A DNA stretch of 64,000 nt from a virus, in the IMG/VR virus record IMGVR_UViG_3300029812_000326, positions 44,871 to 108,870 of that record; one strand, written 5' to 3'. A program made the position numbers and the translations under genes. Positions 10,083 through 19,746 of the stretch are shown here, in pieces. The notes beneath the pieces were generated by a model. The model saw nothing but the letters and a program-made list of their open reading frames with translations. It searched no databases and was not told the origin of the DNA. Position 1 is the stretch's first letter. Each line of letters opens with the position of its first letter.

Positions 10083-10661
10083 TTGATCAAGTTCTTTTCG
10101 CACATAGAGGAATACGACGGAAAAACCAATCAAATTAAAGTCAAAGATGATGGAGGCATTGTTTATGTGGTGCCTCTTGCATTTGATGGTAGTATGATAA
10201 GAATAGATAAATATACTCCTGTAATTGTCATAATGTCAGATCAAGCAATGGGCGATATTGATTTCGATAGTGAACAAAGAATCAGAATTGACGCAGTTGC
10301 AATTCCAATTTATAATAAGGAAAGATTGAATCCAGATGAAGTTACTAATACTAGGAAACAAATTGGAAAAATAGCTAATAAGAAAATTGAATCTTATATA
10401 GAAACAGGAAATTCGGTTTGTATACATTCTGGCCATGCCGGAAAACAAACATTGACAGTTACTGGTAATCAAACTATAGTTGAAGATGCTAAATTTATGA
10501 ATCCGGATTTTTCATATGGCGATTTTGCATCTCCTGAAAATTTTCTATTAAGATTCCGTCCCGATTTTCCATATATATTACCTGAATTATTACCAAATGC
10601 AGATATATTTAAAAAAGCGGCGAAATTGGGCAAGGCATTGATTAAATTGATGAGGAATTAA
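10083..10661 (+). CDS. Putative baseplate spike/hub-associated protein
   Basis: Position between hub and gp25-like gene; OB-fold-like beta-rich N-terminus; AAGGAG RBS. Confidence 0.4.
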   Translation: MIKFFSHIEEYDGKTNQIKVKDDGGIVYVVPLAFDGSMIRIDKYTPVIVIMSDQAMGDIDFDSEQRIRIDAVAIPIYNKERLNPDEVTNTRKQIGKIANKKIESYIETGNSVCIHSGHAGKQTLTVTGNQTIVEDAKFMNPDFSYGDFASPENFLLRFRPDFPYILPELLPNADIFKKAAKLGKALIKLMRN

Positions 10662-10708
10662 AATGGCTAAAAAGATAAATCGATGGTCAATGAAATGGAG
10701 AATATTAC

Positions 10709-11182
10709 ATGAGCGAAACCGATTTAATGTTATCTTATGAAGGTGGAGGAATTATCACAGACGACGGAGATTTAAAGTTGGTGCAAGATTTAGATGCTTT
10801 ATCAAGAGAAGTTAGCAGAATAGTGCGAACAGTTAATCCTGCATGGAAAATATATTCTAATATTGGGGCTGGAATAGGAGAATTCGTTGGGGAACCAAAT
10901 ACTCGTGGAACGGCTTTAGAAATCACAAAACGCCTGAATTATGTGTTAAATCAAAATCAAATAGCTTATCCCGGACGCCTATTTGCCCGAGTGGTCCCAT
11001 CTGGAGATGAATCATTATTGATTTTTATTTTCTTAAAAGATAGTCGGGGGACGCGGCTTCTCGATAAGGAAGTGTTTAATTTTATAGATGGCATAGCCGG
11101 ACATATTTATGATCCCGCTGAAGTTAAAGAAATTGTACCTAATATTCGACATTCAGAACCAACGAATCCATATCTTAGGTAA
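10709..11182 (+). CDS. gp25-like baseplate wedge protein
   Basis: DL...DGDLKLV...W..Y..IGAGIGEFVGEPN pattern; immediately upstream of Baseplate J. Confidence 0.65.
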   Translation: MSETDLMLSYEGGGIITDDGDLKLVQDLDALSREVSRIVRTVNPAWKIYSNIGAGIGEFVGEPNTRGTALEITKRLNYVLNQNQIAYPGRLFARVVPSGDESLLIFIFLKDSRGTRLLDKEVFNFIDGIAGHIYDPAEVKEIVPNIRHSEPTNPYLR

Positions 11183-11190
11183 TATTGCGG

Positions 11191-11259
11191 AATTCAATAG
11201 CGAATGTCTAACCATTATGTGTGCATTGTAATTGTTCGAAAAATAACAAAGTTTTATAG
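11191..11259 (+). pseudogene. C-terminal fossil of a family-A HNH endonuclease
   Basis: Translates NSIANV*PLCVHCNCSKNNKVL*, compared with NNVQPLCMHCNSIKHN in 17873-18064 (CAA>TAA). Confidence 0.7.
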
Positions 11260-11265
11260 AAAGGA

Positions 11266-12510
11266 GTGATCACTTTGAGATTCTTAAGCAAAAGCAAAGA
11301 CCAATTGATGCAAGAATCCAAAAATTATTTGATTGAAAATACCGAACTTAGAAATTTCAAACCGGGCAGTGTAATTCGATCAATTTTGGAAACTATAAAT
11401 GGTCATATTGCGGAACAATATGAAATTATGACAATGAATTTATTGCAAACATATGTAACGACTGCAGTTGGAGATGCACTTGATGAAATTGGAACTCTAT
11501 TTGGATTAGTTAGAAATGAATCTCAACGGGCGATTGACACCTCTCATGCTAATTTTAGGTTTTATATTGATACATTGACTGGATACACCGCACAAACATT
11601 AGCTTCTGAACAATATATTGCAAATCAAAATTCTGAGATTCCAGAAGTGTATGTTCATGAAAATAGTTTCACGATTCCAGCAGGAACTACAATATTTGCT
11701 GGTGATATTACTTACAAAACTACTGAAGATGCGACGTTTTCCATGTCAACTACCGAAGTATATGTGCCCATTGTGGCGTCTGGATATGGACCATCTTTTA
11801 ATATTCCGGCTTATCAATTGAAATCCTATACATTGGGCGCCGAATTTTCCATAATTTCAAAATATTTTCATTGCGAAAATAGTCAAACTATAAGCTCTGG
11901 CAAATTCCAAGAAAGTGATGATGAACTTAGATATAGGATAATTCATGCCCATGTGGATAGTGCTAAAGCCAATGAAATAAGTATACGTTTGGCAGCCTTA
12001 TCTATTCCGGGTGTGATTGATATTGTCCTTCGAGAATATGCCGCTGGCATTGGAACATTTGCTGTTCATGTTATTGCGGAATCTCCTATTCCAAATGCTG
12101 GTTTGTTAAGCGCAGTCCAACAAGCAGTTGATTCCACAAGAGCATTTGGAATTAAAGCTTTGGTTCAATATCCCGATTATAAAGGATTCGAAGGAACATT
12201 CAAATTGAGATTTATTCTTGAAACAACTGCGGATGAAAAAGTTTTAATTATGCAACAAGTTAAGATTGCCGCCGAATTATATATAAATAATTTGGGATTC
12301 GGCGGAGAATTTGTAGCTAACGAATTGATCCAAAGAATCATGGAAATCAATAATAAAATCAAAGATGTTTCTATTGTTACGTTTGGGGCTGGGAACTACA
12401 ATCCCATAACTGGAATTAACGAAGATTACAATCCGTTGATTTTTATGAACCAGCAAGTCGCGCAGGACGAAATGTGCATCGCTACCCCCGGAGGTATAGT
12501 AATTTGTTAA
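11266..12510 (+). CDS. Baseplate J-like (T4 gp6/P2 gpJ) wedge protein; start may be TTG 11275
   Basis: PGSVIRSILE, TAVGDALDEIG..FGLVR, IPAGT, G...ESDDELRYRI and IPGV motifs; indicates a contractile tail. Confidence 0.9.
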   Translation: MITLRFLSKSKDQLMQESKNYLIENTELRNFKPGSVIRSILETINGHIAEQYEIMTMNLLQTYVTTAVGDALDEIGTLFGLVRNESQRAIDTSHANFRFYIDTLTGYTAQTLASEQYIANQNSEIPEVYVHENSFTIPAGTTIFAGDITYKTTEDATFSMSTTEVYVPIVASGYGPSFNIPAYQLKSYTLGAEFSIISKYFHCENSQTISSGKFQESDDELRYRIIHAHVDSAKANEISIRLAALSIPGVIDIVLREYAAGIGTFAVHVIAESPIPNAGLLSAVQQAVDSTRAFGIKALVQYPDYKGFEGTFKLRFILETTADEKVLIMQQVKIAAELYINNLGFGGEFVANELIQRIMEINNKIKDVSIVTFGAGNYNPITGINEDYNPLIFMNQQVAQDEMCIATPGGIVIC

Positions 12511-12519
12511 AGTTCAAAA

Positions 12520-14319
12520 ATGTTTGAAATTTATAAAATATTACTTGATAAACATCTCGAATATCCACGATGGATGGATGTGGCAAATAATCCTAGGGAT
12601 CCAATCTATCAGGCTATAGATATACATAAAAATCTACCTCTTCATATGACATCGCAGGTGCAGCCGCTGCTTGATGTATTTCATTGGAACGAACTTGAAT
12701 TCCATACTATTATTAATGAATCTGGGAATTTTTTTGGAGACGGATGGGAAATTAAAAATGTAATAGATTATTCCGATTATGAAACGGACATTCCTACGAG
12801 TTTAGAATATATATTGACATTTTCTGGAGAATTTCCTCCTGGTATCTATGAAAATTTATATTCAATTTGTTATGTGGATGATCTATCTGGATTTTTTTAT
12901 GTTGCGGGAACCAGTGGGATTTATTCTATGGACTTGACTGGTTCAATATATGAATCATACTATTATAATTCGCGCCCCGTTGAAACGAAATTGAATATAT
13001 TAAATGGGATGGCAACGTTGGATTGTTCCCCAATATTTGGTTCTTTCCATTTGTATAATATTTATAATCTTGATGCATTTGATAATGCAATTGAAATAGA
13101 TGAAGACCAATATATTTTATCGGGTAATTATATTTATATTCCAAATATTAGCGGCGTTTATTTGGCTGAATATAATTGCTGTTTATATCAGCCTCCTATA
13201 AATTTAAAAACAAAGAAAAAACCATGGTGCCATTATTCAGATAGTGGATTCTTAATATTTGGAAATTCATATGAATATGATGGCACACATATACATCTTG
13301 AAGATTGTGACATAGAATCCAGCGCGGATCGAACATTTTCTATTACTCCATTTAATTGCAGACCTTGGAAGTCATTAGAAATCTGCTATGAATATATAAG
13401 GCAATATCACATATTCTGGGATTCCTCTTCGCAATTGACAATATATCCTGTTTCGGGGGAAAATTTTTATCCGAAGCCTTCGGCATTTTCTCAAACATTA
13501 GAAAGTGATATAAATGCGTATTATTATGATGGAAAATTATATGGAGAATATGTTCCTGGAAGTTCGGCATATTATAAATTCGAAATCAGTGGCGATTATT
13601 CTGAAGAATTATTAGATATTTATCCCGTAAATGCGGGAATTTTAGATATTTTTTATTGGACACATGCCGCGATTTGTTATCCAATATCCGGACATAGTGC
13701 TTTAGAATATTCTGAATCAGGAGATATAAATGACTACGTAATGGCTGGAAATCATTATGTTCCATCTACAATTGTTGATTTTTATGGGGATTCCGAATTT
13801 AGAGAACAAATTCGATCTGCCCCCATTAGTCGATTTTCTGCGAAAAAATTCATATATTGCAAAGGTATGACTAAATATTTTGATAAAACATTTTTCTTAA
13901 CTGATGAATTGGTAATATATGATGATCATGGGAATCGTTATTATATATTGACAAAAACGCCAGAAGTATATTATATAGTTGACGGAACTGGCAATATTTA
14001 TAGTCGTTCATATATGCATTTAGAATATAATCCAGAAATTAAAGTAGTTGGATTGACATCCGTTGGGGACTACTTAGTTATTGGTTTATATTATAAAAGA
14101 TTTATATTGATTTATTATAATCCGAGGACTGGGAAAAAAATTGGTTACGAATTCCAATTTGAATTGAAAGATCCGAAAGATTTTACCATTGGATATGATC
14201 GATTATATATTTTAGACGACAATAAAATACACGAAATTAAATTGAGACATGATTATAGTATATATGTCAATAATATGACATATCTACGAGAAAATTATGA
14301 CAGAATTTGGAAAATCTGA
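12520..14319 (+). CDS. Baseplate/tail structural protein, Ser-Gly-rich, with probable beta-propeller C-terminus
   Basis: Follows Baseplate J; N-terminal 'YPRWM' shared with 15978 ('YPNWM'); about 11 SG dipeptides in the first ~410 aa. Confidence 0.55.
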   Translation: MFEIYKILLDKHLEYPRWMDVANNPRDPIYQAIDIHKNLPLHMTSQVQPLLDVFHWNELEFHTIINESGNFFGDGWEIKNVIDYSDYETDIPTSLEYILTFSGEFPPGIYENLYSICYVDDLSGFFYVAGTSGIYSMDLTGSIYESYYYNSRPVETKLNILNGMATLDCSPIFGSFHLYNIYNLDAFDNAIEIDEDQYILSGNYIYIPNISGVYLAEYNCCLYQPPINLKTKKKPWCHYSDSGFLIFGNSYEYDGTHIHLEDCDIESSADRTFSITPFNCRPWKSLEICYEYIRQYHIFWDSSSQLTIYPVSGENFYPKPSAFSQTLESDINAYYYDGKLYGEYVPGSSAYYKFEISGDYSEELLDIYPVNAGILDIFYWTHAAICYPISGHSALEYSESGDINDYVMAGNHYVPSTIVDFYGDSEFREQIRSAPISRFSAKKFIYCKGMTKYFDKTFFLTDELVIYDDHGNRYYILTKTPEVYYIVDGTGNIYSRSYMHLEYNPEIKVVGLTSVGDYLVIGLYYKRFILIYYNPRTGKKIGYEFQFELKDPKDFTIGYDRLYILDDNKIHEIKLRHDYSIYVNNMTYLRENYDRIWKI

Positions 14320-14322
14320 ATT

Positions 14323-14745
14323 ATGAGCGAATCCGTTAAAAATTTCAACTGGTATTACAACAACAATAATGGTGACTATGAATTGTCTTGGGAGCATATG
14401 TCTGAAGCCGGCGCATTATTTATTGGCATATCTGATATTCGGTTTTTGGATTTTGGGGATTGTGACAATATTGGGAATGCAATTTCCCATACATTTGGTG
14501 GCAATTTGAATGCATACTATGTTGCAATTTATAAACCAACTGCCGATGTGGCAACGAAAATTAAAATTTATCCTCCTGGATTGTTGATGCGCGGTTATCA
14601 AGATGCTACTATAGGGAAAGATAATATCTTATATATTGCAGATGGGATGGATTTATTAAAAATACAATTGTTTTTCGATTTTTGTAAAATTGTTGGTGGA
14701 AAGATATATACAAAAGAATTATATAATCGTCTGAGGATATTCTAA
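14323..14745 (+). CDS. Hypothetical structural protein
   Basis: Co-oriented within the structural operon; C-terminus resembles the end of 12520-14319 (TIGxD.LYI.D...IxL..D....Y.xExY). Confidence 0.5.
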   Translation: MSESVKNFNWYYNNNNGDYELSWEHMSEAGALFIGISDIRFLDFGDCDNIGNAISHTFGGNLNAYYVAIYKPTADVATKIKIYPPGLLMRGYQDATIGKDNILYIADGMDLLKIQLFFDFCKIVGGKIYTKELYNRLRIF

Positions 14746-14752
14746 TTTTATT

Positions 14753-15499
14753 ATGAAGATGAAAAAATGGTCTCAAAAGTATGGTGATTGTTGTATTGAA
14801 TGTGGAACTACAGAAATTCCCCATAAAGGGCATGGATTGTGTAAAAAATACTGGGAAAAAAATTATCACAAAAAATATGATATTGAACATAAAGATGCTC
14901 TGCAAAAATATAGACACAATTATTATAAACGAAACAGAAATAAAATTCTTATACGAAATAAACTTCGAGAAGCAAAAAATAAAGCTGCGCTTAAAATATA
15001 TAACAAGATATATAAAAAAAAGTATTATCAAAATAATAAAACTAAATGTGAAAAATATCGTCGAAAATATTATCAGGAACATAAAAGAAAAATCATAGAA
15101 AATACTTTGCAGTATTATAATGATAACAAGAATCAAATGGATATAAAAAGAAAAAAATACCGACAATCATTAAATGGCAAAAGTATTTGTAAAATAACCA
15201 AACGAAAGTATAGGGCCCGGAAAAAGGGTGTTGATTTTTGGACCAAAGAGATGACTATTCGTTGGTGGTGGATGTTGGACGCAACTGAGGGATATTGTCC
15301 AATGTGTGGGAATCCATTTGATAATGGGGAACATAAATTTACAATGGATCATATATTACCATTGAATTTAGTAGATAAATTAGGAAAAACTGAAGCAATT
15401 AAATTAGGCGCAATTCATCACATAGATAATGTTCAAGTATTATGCATGAAATGCAATAGCAAAAAACATACGAAAATTCCAATATCAAAAAAGCAATGA
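14753..15499 (+). CDS. HNH homing endonuclease (family A)
   Basis: KWSQKYGDCCIECG...HKGHGLC N-terminus, Lys/Tyr-rich linker, CPMC...TMDHILP...HHIDNVQVLCMKCNSKK. Confidence 0.9.
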   Translation: MKMKKWSQKYGDCCIECGTTEIPHKGHGLCKKYWEKNYHKKYDIEHKDALQKYRHNYYKRNRNKILIRNKLREAKNKAALKIYNKIYKKKYYQNNKTKCEKYRRKYYQEHKRKIIENTLQYYNDNKNQMDIKRKKYRQSLNGKSICKITKRKYRARKKGVDFWTKEMTIRWWWMLDATEGYCPMCGNPFDNGEHKFTMDHILPLNLVDKLGKTEAIKLGAIHHIDNVQVLCMKCNSKKHTKIPISKKQ

Positions 15500-15978
15500 T
15501 GAATTTTTATCATCCAAGCACTGGAAATCCCATATTTGTTTCCGGAATTGTATTCAGTGGCATAGAAGGAATAGATTGTCAAATACCAATTGATGAATTC
15601 CAATCAAGGACTTATGATGGGATGGGATCAGAATTAAATAATACGAAATATATAAATAAATATTTTGCCGAATCCAATAGATCAGTAAATAGGAAGCTAT
15701 CTGAATTTGAAACAGAATATACAACGATTAAAATTACTGGCTTAGATGGCGACGAATATATTACTGCTTATGGGGAAACTCAGATAGAGCCGCCTGGTGG
15801 AAGCGGTAATGCATTGATATATGCATTTTGCCCAGGATATGAAGAATGGTACGAATTGGATAACTGTGCTGGAAAATCTATGAAATTAGATGTTGATGCC
15901 GGAATAACTTATATAGGCTTATCTGTAAAATTAATAAAAGCCACGGATGGTCCTATAATTAATTTTTTGATTTATTAA
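15496..15978 (+). CDS. Hypothetical structural protein
   Basis: ATGA overlap with the HNH; acidic, beta-rich; VSGIVFSG. Confidence 0.5.
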   Translation: MMNFYHPSTGNPIFVSGIVFSGIEGIDCQIPIDEFQSRTYDGMGSELNNTKYINKYFAESNRSVNRKLSEFETEYTTIKITGLDGDEYITAYGETQIEPPGGSGNALIYAFCPGYEEWYELDNCAGKSMKLDVDAGITYIGLSVKLIKATDGPIINFLIY

Positions 15979-16805
15979 TGAATACGACTCTCAATATATT
16001 GCTTGAAAAATATCCCAATTGGATGAGATTGCGAAAAGTGGGAGATCCCATTCGAAGAATTTTCGAGTCTCTAGGAATTCAATTGCTTAACCTTGAAAGA
16101 GGGAATAGGCGGTCGTATTATAGCAGTTTTTTAGTCACAAGCGACGTAGATGCGGATTCCAACTATAATATGTATTATGTTCTTTCGGGAGATATTAATG
16201 AATTGAATACAATTTCTGGCTATTGTGATACCATGGACGCTACTGGTGAAATAAATCTTATAAAATTAAATGAAGACGAAACTGAAAATTATTATCCAAC
16301 TCGCGGATTCGCAATAGAAAAGATTTCACTGCCAGCATCCGGATATGTCACTGGACTTTGCTATCTGGACGAAATTGTATCGGGCGAGTTATTAATTAGC
16401 TATGACCAATGCTATTCGATATATTCTTTGGATGAAAATTATAATTCTTCAAATGGTATTTCGTATTGTTTAGCCACGGCTGATTTTTACTTAGAATTTG
16501 AACCACTTTCTGGAGATTTATATAGGGCTGATTTATTTCATAAACCATTAACTTATGAATTCAAGGATATATATGACGAAGATGTTCCAATTAGTGGTAT
16601 TTTCGTAGAAGATCAATATGCATTTGCTTTTGAAAATAATTTACAAAATTTTGGTAGAATTTTAGCTCACATGACATATGAATTATGCGCATGTCCTTAT
16701 CGAATTAAAACTGATATGTATCGGTGGCAGTATTTTTATGAATCAGAAATGCCAGATATATTGTTGGCTAATTATGTAGTGCTTTCGGGATCGGAATTAT
16801 GCTAA
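15978..16805 (+). CDS. Baseplate/tail structural protein, Ser-Gly-rich; N-terminus paralogous to 12520
   Basis: ILLEKYPNWM versus ILLDKHLEYPRWM; 7 SG in 275 aa. Confidence 0.55.
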   Translation: MNTTLNILLEKYPNWMRLRKVGDPIRRIFESLGIQLLNLERGNRRSYYSSFLVTSDVDADSNYNMYYVLSGDINELNTISGYCDTMDATGEINLIKLNEDETENYYPTRGFAIEKISLPASGYVTGLCYLDEIVSGELLISYDQCYSIYSLDENYNSSNGISYCLATADFYLEFEPLSGDLYRADLFHKPLTYEFKDIYDEDVPISGIFVEDQYAFAFENNLQNFGRILAHMTYELCACPYRIKTDMYRWQYFYESEMPDILLANYVVLSGSELC

Positions 16806-16849
16806 GAATATACGCTTCAAATAAATTAAATAAAAAAATGAGATAAATT

Positions 16850-17821
16850 ATGTTAGAAAGCGGCGTGTATTTAACGTGGAATAGGATATCATTTGAATTT
16901 TCAAATACCATTTCGGGGGATTACGTTTATTTGAAATGTGATCCATATGATGTCTTGCCGGGAGAAGTTACAAAAGTGGAATTTGATTATCAAACATTCC
17001 ACTGTGAGCAACATATTGGCGATGAGGTTCATATTTTTGCTGATAATCTTCTCGAAGATTCCGTAAGATGTTTTATTCCAAATCCAAATGACAATAATCC
17101 GATTTTTTATCAACCCAGCCTTAATTTTGTATATGATTCTGATGTTTCCGGATCGATTCCACTATATCCAATTGAATTTTCTGGGAATTATTATCCAGAT
17201 GATATGTATTTATATTTGCCATGTGCTGATACATATTACATTACATATTATACCCAAGATTCCAAAACGTATTATCCCAGAGGGAAGCCGTCACATAAAA
17301 TGTGGCCGGATGTTGATTATACTTGGAATGCAGATTATGAACTAAGGAATGGAATTGTATGTCCATCAACGGTTTTGACTTTATGTGATCCAGACAAACA
17401 TATAAATCGGGCGCTCACTTCAAGTCCGCAAAGTGCATTTACGGTCTATCAGCAAATTTATTTCTGCGGATCCGCATTTGATATTAGAAATAGTAAATTC
17501 TTATTTATTAATCATAAAGGCTTTTTGGCAAGCGAGAGCGGAGAAAAATGGTACGTCAGGTATCCGGAAGAAAGGACAAAAACGGCTATTTTGAATCCTC
17601 AATCCAAACAAACAATAAATGGAAACGCCGCGGAGCTTAAAGAATTGCAGTGCTTTGAACCAAATTGGGATATCACTTTCCGGAGCATGGTTAATTATCA
17701 AAATTATATTTTATTGATTGGCGATTACGATGGAAAATTATTTTTATTCATATTGGACCCGGTCCGGCTCCCGAAAATTATTAAGCACATAGAAATCAAC
17801 AACTTAGATGATGTTATATAA
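16850..17821 (+). CDS. Baseplate/tail structural protein
   Basis: Operon context; acidic and aromatic composition; 5 SG in 323 aa. Confidence 0.5.
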   Translation: MLESGVYLTWNRISFEFSNTISGDYVYLKCDPYDVLPGEVTKVEFDYQTFHCEQHIGDEVHIFADNLLEDSVRCFIPNPNDNNPIFYQPSLNFVYDSDVSGSIPLYPIEFSGNYYPDDMYLYLPCADTYYITYYTQDSKTYYPRGKPSHKMWPDVDYTWNADYELRNGIVCPSTVLTLCDPDKHINRALTSSPQSAFTVYQQIYFCGSAFDIRNSKFLFINHKGFLASESGEKWYVRYPEERTKTAILNPQSKQTINGNAAELKELQCFEPNWDITFRSMVNYQNYILLIGDYDGKLFLFILDPVRLPKIIKHIEINNLDDVI

Positions 17822-17850
17822 AACGAAATTTGGTTGGGGAAAATTGGGAT

Positions 17851-17863
17851 TTGAACTATAACA
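17851..17863 (+). promoter_or_regulatory. Copy 2 of TTGAACTATAACA
   Basis: Shares 16 nt (TTGAACTATAACAATA) with the 3163 copy; intergenic. Confidence 0.6.
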
Positions 17864-17872
17864 ATAGCGAAA

Positions 17873-18064
17873 ATGCAAGAAATCAATACTATGAAGAAAT
17901 GGTCTAAAAAATATGATTGTTGCCAAAAATGTGGAGAATATGTTGGAATTAATAAACTTACGATGGATCATATAATTCCTATTTCGAAAGGCGGAATTCA
18001 TCATATAAATAACGTTCAGCCTTTGTGTATGCATTGTAATTCAATAAAGCATAATTCAATTTAA
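17873..18064 (+). CDS. Minimal (internally deleted) family-A HNH endonuclease
   Basis: KKWSKKYDCCQKCG joined directly to KLTMDHIIP...HHINNVQPLCMHCNSIKH. Confidence 0.75.
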   Translation: MQEINTMKKWSKKYDCCQKCGEYVGINKLTMDHIIPISKGGIHHINNVQPLCMHCNSIKHNSI

Positions 18065-19746
18065 TGGTTACTGAAATAAAACAATTCATTCGTGTACCGA
18101 TCTGGAATTCTTTCGACGAATTCGGTCTTCTTTTAGGCTTAGAGCGTTTGCCCGGAGAAACTAATCGGGAATTCAGGCTCAGAATCTATAATGCGGGCAA
18201 ATATTTTGGATCTGCAACGAAGCAAGGATTGGTTAACGCACTAAGTATTGAACTTGGATGTTGCCAATATAATGCAACTAATAAAACATTTTTCTTTCTT
18301 TCATATCAACCAGTGCTTCGTGATCCTGGAACTAATGATCAGCTTTCATTTAGAGTTTGGGTGAACAATGAAGAATGGCAAAATTTTGATCTTCATCCTG
18401 ATGCCGAAAATTATTTTAAATTATGGAAATTGGAAAATGGGGCAACAACCCGAATATTAGAAATTAGTGACACATTCAATAATGGCGAACCATTAAAAAT
18501 CATCTATTATAGAATTGAAGATAATGAACCGGAAAGATGGGTTGATGAATATGAATATCCGAATGAAAGATTTATGGCATATAAGAAGGAAACTCCAGTT
18601 TCTGGGCAAATTGAATTCTTTGAATTAAATGATCCCGATTTTAAAAATGAATATCTTTTGGATGGGGACGGAAATCCAAAGCAAATTTATAAATCTTTTG
18701 TTGAAGAAATTCATCGGATTTATCCAATATTATGGAATAAATTCATTTGGGATTACACCGCATTTGATTGTGGTGATGAAAAGATAACTGGACTCGAACA
18801 TTTGCCATCAAGATTTGATGCATCGAGAACATATATAACATCTGGAGATTTTATTTCCGGAGTAGGATATGGAACTGATTGTGCAGTCCATGATGGCATT
18901 ACACATATTAATTATGAGCAAAAAGTTTTAATTCATCCTGGATATTTTACGTTGTGTGATTACGAATTTTATTTATTTGGACATAAATGTAGAGAACTGC
19001 CCCCTGCCAGTGGAAGCGTTGAATTATTTGAATTTAATGATCCAATAATCATAACTAATATATCTGGACAATGTTATTGGGACGATAATTTTGCTGAACC
19101 TTGGACTGATTATAATATTGATACTCACTATTTGCACGTTCAAGATTTGTCAGGATGCATCAGCGGCGATTGGGATCCCAATGTGTGGGATGTGCCTTGG
19201 TTTACAATCGATAATTCTGGGGCTATTGAAATAAGTGGAGAAAAACCATACGAAGAACATTATATTGAATATGGGTGCTTGAGTGGAAATTATGAATGTG
19301 ACATTGATTTTAATCCTTGCCATTTTGCAAATTTTACTGATAATTTTCTTGTAATTAGATTGGGACCGTTGGTCCCTGATACAATTGAAGTAACCTATGT
19401 TGATTGGTACATAAAGCGAAAATCTAACGAATATGATGCAAATACTAGTGGATGCTATCCAGATAATGATATTACTATCAGAGTTGATATATATGATAAA
19501 TGGAGAGCCCCAATCAATGATCCATCTTATTCGGCAGAATTTTCTATATATTATAATGAACTGGAAATTGCCAGCGCCATTGAAAATTTATCAGATGATG
19601 GAAGTTGTTGGCATACATTTCACGATTTAACAGAACGAAATTTAGTGGATCCTCATGATTTCTTGGTAACTGTGACATTATTGAAAGATGTAATTGCTAC
19701 AAATCTTAAGGGATATTTAACTATTCCATTTGGAATTGAGGCATAA
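18064..19746 (+). CDS. Baseplate wedge-type protein, Ser-Gly-rich
   Basis: FDEFGLLLGLERLPGETNREFRLRI resembles the baseplate wedge motif D..G...GL.R..GE.D...R.RI; about 11 SG. Confidence 0.65.
   Translation: MVTEIKQFIRVPIWNSFDEFGLLLGLERLPGETNREFRLRIYNAGKYFGSATKQGLVNALSIELGCCQYNATNKTFFFLSYQPVLRDPGTNDQLSFRVWVNNEEWQNFDLHPDAENYFKLWKLENGATTRILEISDTFNNGEPLKIIYYRIEDNEPERWVDEYEYPNERFMAYKKETPVSGQIEFFELNDPDFKNEYLLDGDGNPKQIYKSFVEEIHRIYPILWNKFIWDYTAFDCGDEKITGLEHLPSRFDASRTYITSGDFISGVGYGTDCAVHDGITHINYEQKVLIHPGYFTLCDYEFYLFGHKCRELPPASGSVELFEFNDPIIITNISGQCYWDDNFAEPWTDYNIDTHYLHVQDLSGCISGDWDPNVWDVPWFTIDNSGAIEISGEKPYEEHYIEYGCLSGNYECDIDFNPCHFANFTDNFLVIRLGPLVPDTIEVTYVDWYIKRKSNEYDANTSGCYPDNDITIRVDIYDKWRAPINDPSYSAEFSIYYNELEIASAIENLSDDGSCWHTFHDLTERNLVDPHDFLVTVTLLKDVIATNLKGYLTIPFGIEA

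Noticed and set aside
14609-15166. 185-aa hydrophobic ORF on the - strand
   Set aside because: Antisense shadow of the Lys/Tyr-rich HNH; the Phe/Ile richness simply mirrors AAA/AAT codons.
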